This document shows, one piece after another, positions 37,821 through 50,789 of a stretch of DNA of 64,000 nucleotides; position 1 is the first letter of the stretch, and every line of letters begins with the position of its first letter. The stretch lies in NCBI RefSeq assembly GCF_006345805.1, contig NC_043004.1:25172001-25236000 (forward strand), written 5' to 3'. A model generated the notes under the pieces. It saw only the letters and a program-made list of their open reading frames with translations, had not been told where the DNA came from and ran no database searches. This stretch comes from Octopus sinensis. Lineage: Eukaryota. The translations under genes were made by a program, and so were the position numbers.

Positions 37821-39408
37821 ATCCATTTAATTCTAATCCATGTTTTAATCATAATCTTGAGGGAAAATATCATTGTGCTTCTGAGGGGGATTATTGTTAT
37901 TTTTTGAAGAGTGCTCCTCTTCGCATCTTTTTGCTGTTTTCCACGGACTACTGTGTTGCACGCGTATATAACCCATAACTTTGTCTTGAGGAGAGAAACT
38001 TCTCAACTTTTCACTCTTTTTTGCGATTTTTCTCTTCATTTCGCTTTTTGGCCTTCGCACTCTTTCTCCACAGGTTTCAAAATCAGTTTCCAGCTATCAT
38101 CCTCTCGTTACTATACAATCATGTGGTGCTAGAGGTTGTTTCAGTTGGGTAGACAAGATCCTGATCACTTGTTTCCAGAACTGGTGATCTCCGCTCCTTC
38201 CGGAATTGTGGCCGATAATATACTGGAAAAAGGCTTTTCTGTTCTTGCTGTCGTCTCAGCTGTTTTCTTTTCCCTTCCCCTTTTATACCCCTTCAAATTC
38301 TTATTACCATGTATATTACAACTATATTTATCTTGCGCCATCAATTTCATGCTGTTTCTCTGGATACCCTAAACTTAGGACAGCTGGTGACCTTCTGAGT
38401 TTCATCAGAACTTACACATTCATTTTGATACCTTCTGACTACACCTCACATCTCATCACTAATCCCCTCCTGTTCTTTGGTACAAAATATTAACCAGCTA
38501 CAGATTCACACTGTTTCCAACGTCCTTGAGCGTTATATTTGGGGTTCTCTGTCTCATGTACTGGTTTACAAATCTAAAAGAAGATATATATCTAACTATT
38601 TTAGCCTTAAGTTGACTGACTCTTAGGTTTTAAAAGGAGAGTAGAAAATGCTATAACATTTGTCCTCATCAGTCGATAGACTATCTCCTATATTCGCTAT
38701 TGTCATTGTTCCTGTCCAAACAGCTGTTTCGATGGGAATTGGGAAGTGATTCTATCTTACTCAAGTTGCATGTTATGCCTCATGTTGTATTTTATTTTGC
38801 ATCCTTTTGAATTAGATCCTGGAGCAAAAAGAGATACTTCTTGGTTTTGTAAAAATTGGAAAGTTTAAGAGGCCAAAAATCTAGCTTCTCTAATACCACA
38901 GCAATTACTACTTTGTGCGTTGTCTAACATAATTGTCTGCGATTGAGCGTCGTTGACATTATCACAACCATTAAAATTACTTCGTTTATCTTTATTTGTT
39001 TCAGTCATTAGCACATGGTCATGCTGGGGCACCGCCATGAAGAATATTTAATCGAATGAATCGATCCCAATGCTTATTTTTTTTAAGGCCTGGTACTTAT
39101 TCTATCGATCTCGTAAACACACCAACCCCGAAGTCAGTATTTGACTGGTACTTTGTCAACACTCTAACGATTCTACCAGTTCACCACCCAAATGATCCGA
39201 TGTTCTTGAAAAAACCCCACCCCATCCCAAAGATATTAATCAGTTCTTTTTTCGAAAATATTTTCTCGTTATGGTGCAGGCATGGCTGGATCGCAAGAAG
39301 TTTGCTTTTCAACCACATGGTTTCGGGTTCAATGCCACTGCGTAGCACCTTACTACAGCCTCGGGCGAACCAAAACACTGAGTGGGTTTGGTAGACAGAA
39401 ACTGAAAG

Positions 39409-39822
39409 GTGGCGAGCTGGCAGAACCGTTAGCACGACGGGCGAAATGCGTAGCCGTATTTCGTCTGCCGTTACGTTCTGAGTTCAAATTCCGCCGAGGT
39501 CGACTTTGCCTTTCATCCTTTCGGGGTCGATAAATTAAGTACCAGTTACGCACTGGGGTCGATGTAATCGACTTAATCCGTTTGTCTGTCCTTGTTTGTC
39601 CTCTCTGTGTTTAGCCCCTTGTGGGCAGTAAAGAAATAAGTATTTCGTCTGCCGTTACGTTCTGAGTTCAAATTCCACCGAGGTCGACTTTGCCTTTCAT
39701 CCTTTCGGGGTCGATAAATTAAGTACCAATTATGCACTGGGGTCAATGTAATCGACTTAATCCCTTTGTCTGTCCTTGTTTATTCCCTCTATGTTTAGCC
39801 CCTTGTGGGCAATAAAGAAATA
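39409..39822 (+). mobile_element. Dimeric Meta-type SINE with a 12-bp target-site duplication
   Basis: AGAAACTGAAAG at 39397-39408 and 39823-39834; a full monomer (39409-39640) followed by a 5'-truncated monomer (39641-39822). Confidence 0.92.
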
Positions 39823-39862
39823 AGAAACTGAAAGAAGCTCGTCCTATATATATATATATATA

Positions 39863-40709
<847 letters not shown>

Positions 40710-41034
40710 TGTTTCTTTATTAGCCACACAGGGCTGCACACAGATAGAACAAATTACAAGGTAGAGCTTTTCTTTTGAAGGTTTAAAAAAAAAAAAAAAA
40801 AAAAAAAGGAAGGGGAGTTTCGATCAAAAGGGATCGTAAAAGGAGAGAAAGAGGACAAAAAAAGGGGGGTTAAAAAAAAAAAAAAGGGGGGGGAGAGGAA
40901 AAAAATTGATCAATAGGGATCGTTATCACAGAAATGTCAATATGAAGTGTAAAGGGGAGGACAGGTGAGGTTTACCCGTGGAAAGAAAAGCCTACGGAAA
41001 AGACCACGGTAACCTCGGTCAATGAAGTCACATT

Positions 41035-41065
<31 letters not shown>

Positions 41066-41106
41066 GTTTTTGCAAATAAGCAACTCTCTGTTTTCGATTT
41101 CTGGGT

Positions 41107-44100
41107 TCATAGGACTATGCTCAAGGTGGCTTCGTCATTCATACGTGCCATTCTTGCTACATTCACCCATCTTTTTTTAAAACATTCGCTAGACAAAACT
41201 TGCCTCTCTACTCTCACTTTCCTTTTCAAGTGGTACTTGAAGAAGTTGATGAGAGATTGACCAGAGAGGAAAGTGTTTGTCTCCAATCCTTTCAGACGCG
41301 TCCACCAGATACATTCTTTCGCCATAGCCACAAGGATGATGAAAATAGCTCTTCCTTCCCGTTTGAAGGAAGGAGGCGTGACAATATTGACGATAGACTC
41401 AGCTGATAAACCGACTCGTCCCACACGTGACAGCAGTTGTTCGACATAAGCCCACAGGTCGGAAATTGTTGGACACTGAACGAGTGCGTGCAGAACGGTT
41501 TCGTCGCTCTGACCGCATCTCGGGCAGGTCGGCCCCGTGTTTCTCGAGCCGTGTCTGTAGAGCTTATCCCGAACGGGTAGCGCTTCTCGGTAGCACTGCC
41601 AGGCCAGGGATCTCTGGAAGTTGTCCATGGGCCCTGGCCCGAAAGTCGTCCCGAACAGGCGGGTCAGGTACTCCTCGTCGACGTCCAGGTTCGCCCCGAG
41701 CTCGTCGTCGTACCTCCCCTCCACTAAACCCCTATAGAATGCTTTGGTTGTGTTGAAGTCACTTAAGGTCGACCCAGGACGGCAGAGTTGCTTGAGAGCA
41801 ACGCGACACTCGCGGTGCCATTCGCCCTTCCTCGGCCTCTTTTTGATCCACGACTGCAGTTCGGTCATGGAGACGAGCTGCGGGAAAGCGTGCCTCACAA
41901 ACGGCGACCACACCTGTTCACCGTCGTCTACATAGAGCCAGAGATGTCGCAGTCTCAGCGCGTGTCTGCGCATCATCAACCACGGCATGCCCAGCCCTCC
42001 TTTTAACGGGTGTTGACAGCAAATGGATCGCCTGACCATCGGGACGCATCCTTTCCACAAGAAGCGAAAGAGGATGCGTTGTAGTTTGGTGATGGTAGGG
42101 TCGGGACAAGGTACGACGGTCAGGCGGTAGTAGATGACGGACGCGATGTACGTGTTCGCCACCTCCGCTCGACCTTTTAGGGACAGTTTCCTCTCGGCCC
42201 ATTGCCGGGCGAGAGTGACCACCCTACTCGTTATCTCGTTCCAGTTCTTCTCCACTTGGAGGTCCGGACCAAACCAGACCCCGAGCAACTCAACCGGGCC
42301 GTCGGTCCAGCGTCCCACGACGGAGGCGCTGGTGGACGGCATGGGCTTGCTTCTCCAGGTGCCTAGTCGCAAGCCCACTGACTTTTCCCGGTTGATTTTC
42401 GCTCCTGTCACCGCTTCGTAGTTTTTCAGTGTCTCGCCGACCAGCTCGATGTGCTCGTGGCTAGACACTATGACGGTGACGTCGTCCGCGTATGCAGACA
42501 CGCTCGTCCCGCATCCCAATTCTCGCGGGATGCCCCTTAGAGTCGCCAGCTTCCGCAGTAGTGGCTCAAGAGTCAATACGTATAGAAGCGCCGAGAGGGG
42601 GCATCCCTGACGGACCGAACGTGCAATGTCGAAAGGTCTCGATAGATGTCCATTTACGCGAATTACCGAACGGATGCCTCTGTACAAGGCAGCTATCCAG
42701 CCGCGGAAGACGGGACCGAAACCAGCCGCTCTCAGGACTGCCTCCAAGTATCGATGGTCTACCCTATCAAAGGCTTTCGATTGATCCAAGTTGATCAGGG
42801 CCCCACCCATGCCAGGTTCGTTAACTACCCTGTCTATGATGTAGCGCATCAGATGGAGGTTGTCATGGATGGTCCGGCCTGGCACGGCGCATGTTTGCGC
42901 CTTGTCGACCAGTTTCTCGATGACAAGCGCCAACCTCTTGGCTAGCACCTTGGCCAAAATTTTCAAGTCTGCATTAAGCAGAGTGATGGGCCTAAAGTTA
43001 TCTATTACATTTCCCTTGTTTAGATCTTTCTTCAGCAGTGTTACGGCTCCTCGGCTCACAAAACCAGGAATGCTCCCGTTTTGCTGCCAGTTGCAGTACA
43101 CCGCCGCCAAGAGATCTCCAAACAAGTCTGGCATACAATTGTAAAGCTCGTAGGGTAGACCATCCAAACCCGGTGATTTGTCCCTCGAGCATTCTGCCAT
43201 CGCTTCCCGCACTTCCGCCGCCGTGATGGCACCTTCGCAGCACCCTGCCTTTCTTGTCGAGAGTCGTGGTAGGCTATGTAGGTAGGCACTGAAGTCCACC
43301 CTACGTTCTTGCCCTCCACTCGTTCCGAACAGTCGGGCAAAATGCTGCTGAAAGGCCTCACACATTTTACTTGGCTCGAGCAATTCGCGCCCCTGTTCAT
43401 CTACCAGTGACCGAATGGTGGCTTTGTTGCCCTGTTGCGCCTCTGCCACCCGGGCCTCTCTCGCGGCTCCAACACCTTCGTTCCTTAGAGCACGCATCCT
43501 AGCTCTGACAGCACATCCTTCGTGTTTGGCGTTGAAGTGTTGGTCGAGGGCCAACCTCGCCGCCAAAACGTCGGATGCGATGCCGCTTCTAATTGCCTCT
43601 TCTAGCTTCTTAACTAGCTCACCCTCTACTCTATTTCTATCTATGGCTAGTGCTTTGCTGTACCTAATCGCTTCTGCTTTTACTGCTCTCTTGAGGGCAA
43701 ACCACCATTTGTTGTTGATGATGGCTCCCGTCAAAGCCCTCTTTACTAGTGTGCTAATCCGGTCTCTGAAAACTTGTCTCGATGGGAAAGACGCGTTTAG
43801 TTTCCAGTATCCGGGACCCTGCCTAAGTGTCTTACCTAAGTCTAGCGTACATGTCACAAGTTTGTGATCCGTGTAGCTGACTATGTGGAATTGTGGACAT
43901 CCTATGCTATCTCTATCTACTGTCCTACACAGTATCCTATCTAGATACGATCTCGACGACCCGATGCGGTTGCTCCATGTCCACGTTGGCGCATTCGGGT
44001 GGTCTAGTCGGAACCTGTCAGACAGTTGAAAGCGTCTGAGCAGGTCTCTGAGGCATTTGCATCCCCGTCTATTCCTATCTCTACCCACGTAGTCTACATG

Positions 44101-44544
44101 CGTGTCCAAGGTAGCATTCCAATCCCCCACTAAGAGTAAAGGACGAGACGTTCCCAAGAAAACTTCTAGACGTTGAAAGAAATCCGCCCGACCTGTTAAG
44201 GGCGGTGCGTAAACTGATACGAGTCGAAAAGCGCACCCATTGCTGCCGTCGACATCCAGGACGACCAGTCTACCCTCCGGGTCTACGAATATTGTCCTTA
44301 CATTGAGATCCAGACTCTTGTGAAAAAGTACCGCGGTGCCACTACCGCCCATTCTCGGCAGACAGGGGGAAAAATAAATGTTGAACTGTCCGCCAAACAT
44401 GGTCTTTAGGGCCCGCGGATTGTGGAGTCTGGTCTCGCTTATGGCTATGATTTCTAACTTATGTGACTTTATGTCATTTAAGAGGTACCCTTGTTTCCAA
44501 GGGGACCCCAAGCCACGCGCATTTACACAACCAATCTTGATCAT
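41107..44544 (-). CDS. LINE ORF2: APE endonuclease, reverse transcriptase and CCHC finger, 1145 aa, uninterrupted
   Basis: APE motifs NARG, SET, GDWN, DR, TDH; RT motifs SPGLDG, FRPITLLN, DQSKAFDRVDH, VRQGCPLS, YADD; CPRC-x7-H-x4-C. Confidence 0.97.
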   Translation of the reverse strand: MIKIGCVNARGLGSPWKQGYLLNDIKSHKLEIIAISETRLHNPRALKTMFGGQFNIYFSPCLPRMGGSGTAVLFHKSLDLNVRTIFVDPEGRLVVLDVDGSNGCAFRLVSVYAPPLTGRADFFQRLEVFLGTSRPLLLVGDWNATLDTHVDYVGRDRNRRGCKCLRDLLRRFQLSDRFRLDHPNAPTWTWSNRIGSSRSYLDRILCRTVDRDSIGCPQFHIVSYTDHKLVTCTLDLGKTLRQGPGYWKLNASFPSRQVFRDRISTLVKRALTGAIINNKWWFALKRAVKAEAIRYSKALAIDRNRVEGELVKKLEEAIRSGIASDVLAARLALDQHFNAKHEGCAVRARMRALRNEGVGAAREARVAEAQQGNKATIRSLVDEQGRELLEPSKMCEAFQQHFARLFGTSGGQERRVDFSAYLHSLPRLSTRKAGCCEGAITAAEVREAMAECSRDKSPGLDGLPYELYNCMPDLFGDLLAAVYCNWQQNGSIPGFVSRGAVTLLKKDLNKGNVIDNFRPITLLNADLKILAKVLAKRLALVIEKLVDKAQTCAVPGRTIHDNLHLMRYIIDRVVNEPGMGGALINLDQSKAFDRVDHRYLEAVLRAAGFGPVFRGWIAALYRGIRSVIRVNGHLSRPFDIARSVRQGCPLSALLYVLTLEPLLRKLATLRGIPRELGCGTSVSAYADDVTVIVSSHEHIELVGETLKNYEAVTGAKINREKSVGLRLGTWRSKPMPSTSASVVGRWTDGPVELLGVWFGPDLQVEKNWNEITSRVVTLARQWAERKLSLKGRAEVANTYIASVIYYRLTVVPCPDPTITKLQRILFRFLWKGCVPMVRRSICCQHPLKGGLGMPWLMMRRHALRLRHLWLYVDDGEQVWSPFVRHAFPQLVSMTELQSWIKKRPRKGEWHRECRVALKQLCRPGSTLSDFNTTKAFYRGLVEGRYDDELGANLDVDEEYLTRLFGTTFGPGPMDNFQRSLAWQCYREALPVRDKLYRHGSRNTGPTCPRCGQSDETVLHALVQCPTISDLWAYVEQLLSRVGRVGLSAESIVNIVTPPSFKREGRAIFIILVAMAKECIWWTRLKGLETNTFLSGQSLINFFKYHLKRKVRVERQVLSSECFKKRWVNVARMARMNDEATLSIVL

Positions 44545-44588
44545 AGTTCTAATGAATTAGAATACAAGTGAAAGGAACAGAGGGTTAC

Positions 44589-46337
44589 TTACTGCTCGAA
44601 AGTTTTTGCTTTCTCCTCCGTTGGTTTGTCCTCGAGGAGATCCCAGTACAGTTTCTTTGTGAGATATTTTTGGCATTTACCAACCGCACTGGGGAAAATG
44701 AGTGTGTGGTGCAGACTTTTGGAGATGTGTAATATTTTGATGTGGTCTGGTGGTGTTGTGTATGGGTGATTGTTTGTTTTTATGTCATCTTCTGTTATGT
44801 TTGTTTTTGATTGGATGTATTCCATCAAATTTGTGTTTTTGGTGTCTATGGCTGTGAGCATGTTTGCTGTATATGTTTTTGTGGTGTTGGTGTGGCTGTT
44901 GTTTGCGTTGGGTTTTGAAATGTCTTCGGGAGATGTATTTCCCCCTGCTTTGTTCGTGTTTGCATTTGGTTTGGTTGTGTTTCTGCTCTTTATTTTCCTT
45001 CTTTTTGTAGCTATTTGCCATTCCTCACTGGTTTCGTCTTCCGACGAAATTTCTGAGGAATCAGAAGGGGGTAGGGGTATGTTGTGGGCTTCTATGTATG
45101 TCTGTGTAAGTGGTTGTGTTGTTGTTTTCGTTGTTGTTGGTTGTTGAGTGTTTGTGTGTGTTGAGTGCGGTATAAGGGATGGGGGATCAGTTTGTGTGTG
45201 TTTTCTTTGTTTTTCTGTTCCTTTGGGTTTTGCTGTTGATGGTGGTGTTGGTATTTTTTCAGGTGTCGAGTGGTTTTTGGTTGATGACGGATTAGCTTGG
45301 TGTGCTTCTCTTGTCGTCTTCTGTGTTGATGGTGGTGTGGGTAGTAGAGCTTTTTTTCCGGAGTGCTTTGGTTGTGGTAGTGGTTGTTGTTGTTGCTCTT
45401 GGTGTGCAGTGGTTGGGCACGTCTTTTTCAAGTGTGTTTCGCTTCCACACAAATAGCAGCGTGGTCGCCTGCCCTCTACCACTATATAGAGTTTGTAGCC
45501 TCCTGGCAGTTCTATAGCGGTGGGTATCTTCTCTCTTGCTGCTTCATCCAATTGAAGCAGGAATTCGATTGATTTGCCCACATAGTCTTTCTCTCCTAGA
45601 ACCGCGATTTCCAGGATGTTTGTCTCTGACATTGTCTCTGACATTTCAAAGCAGATGGCAGAGACCAACCATTGTGTTTCGACATCAAATGGTATGTTTT
45701 TTATTTGGACTTTCGTGACCCTTTTGTTTAAATAGACTGGTATCATTACCAAGTCGTCCGAATGCAGCTCCAATGTGGAAAAACGTTTTGCTAAACTTTC
45801 GTTGAGGAAACGTACTTGGACTGTACCAAATTTGTTTCCCCAACTGATATATTCCTTGGAGTCCCATACAGGACGAAGGCATTTATCGATTTTTTCCTGC
45901 GGTGCATTTTCTGTTCTTCTTGTTTTTTTGTTTATTACTTTATAAATTATTGTTTTTTTTTGTGTGTTTTCCACGATGTGTTGTGGAATATGAAGGTGCA
46001 ATTTGTCTCCTTCTTTGGAGAAGAGTGCCTTTGTGCGGTTTATCTCTTGTGTGGTGAATGTTACAATTGTTCTTTTTTGTTTTGTTACGTCCGCAAAATT
46101 CGTTTTGAATTTGGCAGTAGAAGTGTTAATTGTGGCAGTGTTAATTGAAGTCATGGTAGTGGTGTTGGTGTTGGCGGTATTAGCAGCAGAAGGCTTGGAT
46201 GTAGCATTTGACGTCGTAGTAGTGGTATTGGTGTTGGCGGTGTTGTCTTTGGTAGGCGGCTTTGTGCCAATTTCGTTGTTGTTGTTGTTGGTGGTGATGG
46301 TGGTGGTGCTGGCATTCATGTTTTCGTTTGTATTCAT
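44589..46337 (-). CDS. LINE ORF1: low-complexity termini, RRM-like core and a CCHC zinc knuckle, 582 aa
   Basis: EGRRPRCYLCGSETHLKKTCP (CX2CX4HX4C); position directly upstream of ORF2. Confidence 0.92.
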   Translation of the reverse strand: MNTNENMNASTTTITTNNNNNEIGTKPPTKDNTANTNTTTTTSNATSKPSAANTANTNTTTMTSINTATINTSTAKFKTNFADVTKQKRTIVTFTTQEINRTKALFSKEGDKLHLHIPQHIVENTQKKTIIYKVINKKTRRTENAPQEKIDKCLRPVWDSKEYISWGNKFGTVQVRFLNESLAKRFSTLELHSDDLVMIPVYLNKRVTKVQIKNIPFDVETQWLVSAICFEMSETMSETNILEIAVLGEKDYVGKSIEFLLQLDEAAREKIPTAIELPGGYKLYIVVEGRRPRCYLCGSETHLKKTCPTTAHQEQQQQPLPQPKHSGKKALLPTPPSTQKTTREAHQANPSSTKNHSTPEKIPTPPSTAKPKGTEKQRKHTQTDPPSLIPHSTHTNTQQPTTTKTTTQPLTQTYIEAHNIPLPPSDSSEISSEDETSEEWQIATKRRKIKSRNTTKPNANTNKAGGNTSPEDISKPNANNSHTNTTKTYTANMLTAIDTKNTNLMEYIQSKTNITEDDIKTNNHPYTTPPDHIKILHISKSLHHTLIFPSAVGKCQKYLTKKLYWDLLEDKPTEEKAKTFEQ

Positions 46338-46591
46338 TTTTGAAATCCCTTCTCTGTCCCTTTATCATCAACAAGTGGTGTGGGGAGTGAGGGGAAATCT
46401 AAGTTAATGTCTTTGGTCGCGGCGATGGTGAATGCGACGTTAGATTTGTTGTTGTTGTTGTTGGTGGTGGTGATGGTGGTGACAGCGGTGTTCACGCGGC
46501 GATGTTTAGCAGCTAGTGGTAGCAATAGTGTTTTGCTACCGTTCTGCATGACTGGCGGGCTAGCCACGTGGTTTCTAGTTGCCATTTTCAA
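46334..46591 (-). CDS. Upstream ORF overlapping the ORF1 start (ATGA); probably the frameshifted N-terminus of ORF1
   Basis: CAAAAATGA junction; one extra A would fuse it in frame; the TTITTTNNNNN repeat is shared with ORF1. Confidence 0.55.
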   Translation of the reverse strand: MKMATRNHVASPPVMQNGSKTLLLPLAAKHRRVNTAVTTITTTNNNNNKSNVAFTIAATKDINLDFPSLPTPLVDDKGTEKGFQK

Positions 46592-46806
46592 AATGAAAAA
46601 TGGCTAAAAGACCCACGAAAGTTTTGAAAGTTTTTTTGTAATTTCGCCCATACAGGGGCGGAATTCTACGTGAATAATTCTCAGGTTTTTTAGTGAATGA
46701 ACTTGCACAACGATTAAAACAAAATATTTGACAACAAGGAGTTTTAAACATGTAAAAGTGGCCAACTTACATGGAGCCGATATGACTAGCGTCCGTCCAT
46801 TGTGAG

Positions 46807-46875
<69 letters not shown>

Positions 46876-47618
46876 TATGCGTGTGTGTGTATGTGTTTTT
46901 TTATCTGTGCTTGTTCCTCCCACCACATGACAATCTGTAAACTGGGGTCGATAAATTCGACTAAAAATACCCTCAAGGCGGTGCTGTAACATGGCCGCAG
47001 TCTAATGAGTGAAATAAGTAAAAGATAAAAGATGTGGAAATTTTCGCTTTAAAATTTACGTAGACTTTTAGTGTTCTGTGTTCCAGAAGTATTTCTTTCA
47101 ATATTCTTTAGACATTTCCCTCTTCGTGTGTATTTTTGTTGTGTTTTCTTTAAATACAATATCTAATCACTGCCTTCCTTTCGTACTATAGTGAAGTTCA
47201 GAAAGGAGTTGTGTGTTTGATAGTTGGTTTAATTGCAGTTGTTATTTTCCTTTGGACGTTTTTGCTGCATTTGTTTGTTTGCATTTTTTCTATTGTTCAG
47301 TTATTGTTGTAATTGTTACTTTAGTATTTTGTATTTTTGTTTTTGATCTTTTTTTTCTCTTGCTGGTTGTGCTTGTTTTTCGCCATTGCTCCACCTTTAT
47401 AACATTTATTCTACTTACAATACTGAAGTGGCCATTTTGAAATACGAAGAAAGTTACAAATAGCCGTCTTCTAGAAATATGCGCAGTCAAATAAAAGTGT
47501 TAAGTCAAACTTTTTTCTATACCTCACGAAAACGTGGTGTACATTACATAATCCCAAAACATCTTTTCAGTACACCAGAAGAAAAAGCAGCGAAAAAGAA
47601 AAAAAACTAGTCATCATA

Positions 47619-48027
47619 GGAGGCAGGTGGCTGTGTGGTAAGTAGCTTGTTTACAAACCACATGGTTCGGGTTCAGTCCCACTGCGTGGCACCTTGGGCA
47701 AGTGTCTTCTACTAAGTCTAGTCCGGGCCGACGACCAAAGCCTTGTGAGTGGATTTGGTAGACGGAAACTGAAAGAAGCCCGTCGTATATATATATTATA
47801 TATATATGCGTGTGTGTGTTTGTGCGTCTGTGTTTGTCCCCCCAGCTTGCTTGACAACCGATGCTGGTGTTGTTTATGTCCCCGTTACTTAGCGGTTCGG
47901 CAAAAGAGACCGATAGAATAGTACTGGGCTTACAAAAGAATAAGTCCCGGGGTCGAGTTGCTCGATTAAGGCGGTGCTCCAGCATGGCCGCAGTCAAATG
48001 ACTGAAACAAGTAAAAGAGTAAAAGAG
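47619..48027 (+). mobile_element. CORE-like tRNA SINE with an internal microsatellite
   Basis: TGGCTGTGTGG A box, GGTTCAGTCCC B box, GGCACCTTGGGCAAGTGTC, (TA)(TG) tract, GTAAAAGA tail; a partial second copy follows directly. Confidence 0.85.
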
Positions 48028-48877
48028 TATCATATAGGTGCAGGCGTGGCTCTGTAGTAAGACGTTTGCTTCCAAACCACGTAGTTCCGGGTTCAGTCCC
48101 ACTGAAAGAAGCACGTTATATATGAATGTGTATGTGTGTGCCTTTTTGTCTGTGTTTGTCTCTCGCCACTGCATGGCAACCGGTGGTGGTGTGTTTACGT
48201 CGCCGTAACTTAGCAGTTCGGCAAAACAAACACATAGAATAAGTACCAAACTTAAAAATTAAGCTCTAGGGGTCTATTCATTCGACTAAAGATTCTTGAA
48301 AGTGGTACTCCAGCATGGCCACAATCTAATGAATGAAACAAGAAAAACATACAAAGCGGTAAAATTTAATTTTCTGTGGACGCCCTGTGAAAACCGTTCG
48401 TGGTAAACAACAATAACAAGAGTAATAATTTCTAAAATATGCATAAAACTACAAATTCTGGGGGCAGGTTTAACCATTTGAATTGTCTTAAGAATTCCAG
48501 AAGGATGAAAGGTAAAATCAGCCCCGGCAATATGTGTTTTCAAGACATAATAATCGGAAGAAATAACGCAAGTTAATTTGTCCGACGCTCTAACGATTAA
48601 AACAAAGCTACATATCTTCATAGATGACTCATAGTATAATACATTCGACTTAAAAATAAGAAATAAAAAACGAGAAAGAAAATAACAGAACTTAAAAGTT
48701 TCTCACACGCAGCATGAGACCCATCTGTTTGGTAAGACAATGCTAATGGTTACAAACATCGCTGCTAATAACTCTGGGAGAGAAATATACAGTTACTAGT
48801 TGTGAAAAAATTATAGAGACAAATCCCCTTCTTAACAGAATATTTCTGGCATACTACTCGTGATCAAGTGTGTGTGT

Positions 48878-48913
<36 letters not shown>

Positions 48914-49299
48914 GTGTGTGTGTGTAAACCCTTTTAACAAATTATATGAAGTCGTTTGTACATTTTTATGATTCATTCTATGAGCAGGGAGATGGACATA
49001 GTAATGTGTTGCAGTGTTACGAGGTTGAGTTTTATGTATTTTAAGCGACCATAATTAGAGCAAGTGAAATTTAATTCAACTGAATTTTAATTTCAAGCTG
49101 AGAATGAACAAAGAGGTTTCTCTGATCCACCTTTCCTCTTTCGGTGCTGTTATAAATCGTAGATAATTGAAGTTTAAAGCAACGATCAGTCCTTGCAGGT
49201 TATCAAGAAGCAGACTTTATATAAAGAGCTTTTATAGAGAAGCACAGTAGAGGTTGAAATAATAGTGTAAATTAACGATGAAACTTAGTCAAAGCTTAG

Positions 49300-49800
49300 T
49301 GATCTGAAGTTTTCCTCTAATTCACCATCCAGCCTTAGGTACTCATCACCCATGGATAACTTCCTTCTATATCTGTTGGCATTTTCAAATTATTCCTTGA
49401 TGGTTATTCTTCGTTTATGGACACATTTGACTTATTTTTAGCCTGTTATATTTCACGCACTCTTGAATACTTTTTATTTGTGCCGGTCATGTAAGCATTC
49501 TGACTAACAATCTTGAATAATCTATTAGATTCATATGGCCATGCTAAGCAACTGTTTATTCTGAAGTAAATCAGAAATGATCGCATACTGAAGCTAGTTC
49601 GTCGGGTATGATCAAATTGGAAATGAGTGACATTTCGAGTATTTAGCGAAGATACTCTTTTTGAAAAGAATTAATTTATGCAAATCTTTCTGGTATAATG
49701 TCCACGATGTGTACGAAGTAAGAGATGGTCGATAATTACCGATTTTTTGTGTAATGTGATGTTTTGTTGCTTTCAAACTAAAAGTAAGTAGTATCATTTC
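49300..49800 (-). mobile_element. Decayed LINE reverse transcriptase remnant
   Basis: KIGNYRPSLTSY resembles the NYRPISLTS motif; stops and frameshifts follow. Confidence 0.5.
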
Positions 49801-50620
49801 AAACCAATTAACTTTGAAAGCTTGTTTCATGCAAACCCATAAATTATGTTGTTCTTTAAAGGCGCTCTGTATTCTCAGAAGCATAATCAAACAACTCCGT
49901 TTATAAAAAATGTACATAAACACAGATAATAATGACAGTAACAATAGCAGAAACATTAACGACAGAAAGGTATCCCACTACCCAATATCACAACTCCGCA
50001 CGGTATATATTTAAAAAAAACTAAAGCATTTCAAACCTGACAATTCTACAATACAGTATTACGAGCATCAATAATACATTCATGGAACTAAAAGATTTTA
50101 TGTTTACACGCTGCATTCACGTAGTAATAATTCAGAGAATTTTTACAACACAAAACACCACAAATACTTCATTTATTGCAATCCGATTAGATGAAACAGA
50201 CCCTGTTACAACTGAAGTTGTCTTATAAATTATGCAGTCTACGATATGGAGTACTTAGATTACACATATATTTACGAACTAATACGAGATGTAAAATAAA
50301 ACCAACAACTCGAAACACAATGTAAACACATACATATACACACATACATACACAAACAAGCATGCACACACGCGTTATGATATGAAATGTAAGATCTTCT
50401 CTACCCTGATGACGGAGGCTCGATTTATCCAATGTTGATTGCTTCCATTACGGTCGCATATCGTGATGAACTACACCTATGAATACTATGATGGATCGCC
50501 AAGTCCACAGAAACAGCTTTTGGAATTATAACATCTTTTCCCCTTCCCTTTAATTTTCTCTGTCGTTTGCATTCTGTGTAAGTTGGCCCTATTAATATAA
50601 ATATCTATATATTTATACTT

Positions 50621-50789
50621 CGGAAAGACCACCCGGAAGACCTCCACGACGGTGGAGTGACGATTTCAAGAGGACGATTGGGATCACGTGGATGAGAAAG
50701 GCGCGATCCAGAGAGGAGTGGACAGCGTGCTGTGACCAGCGGTGTCAAATGGACGCCTGACGGACTGGTCGGTCAAAGTGATCAAAGTG
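50621..50789 (+). mobile_element. 5'-truncated RTE-clade LINE 3' end with a 12-bp TSD
   Basis: ERPPGRPPRRWSDDFKRTIGITWMRKARSREEW...* is the RTE C-terminal signature; TCAAAGTGA tail repeats; ATATTTATACTT at 50609-50620 and 50790-50801. Confidence 0.9.

Noticed and set aside
36100-38900. Faint ORF1/APE-like fragments on the minus strand
   Set aside because: Probably a very old LINE, but the motifs are too degraded to support a call.
41200-46407. Numerous plus-strand and alternative-frame ORFs inside the LINE
   Set aside because: Expected shadows of a long GC-rich or low-complexity coding strand; no independent motifs.
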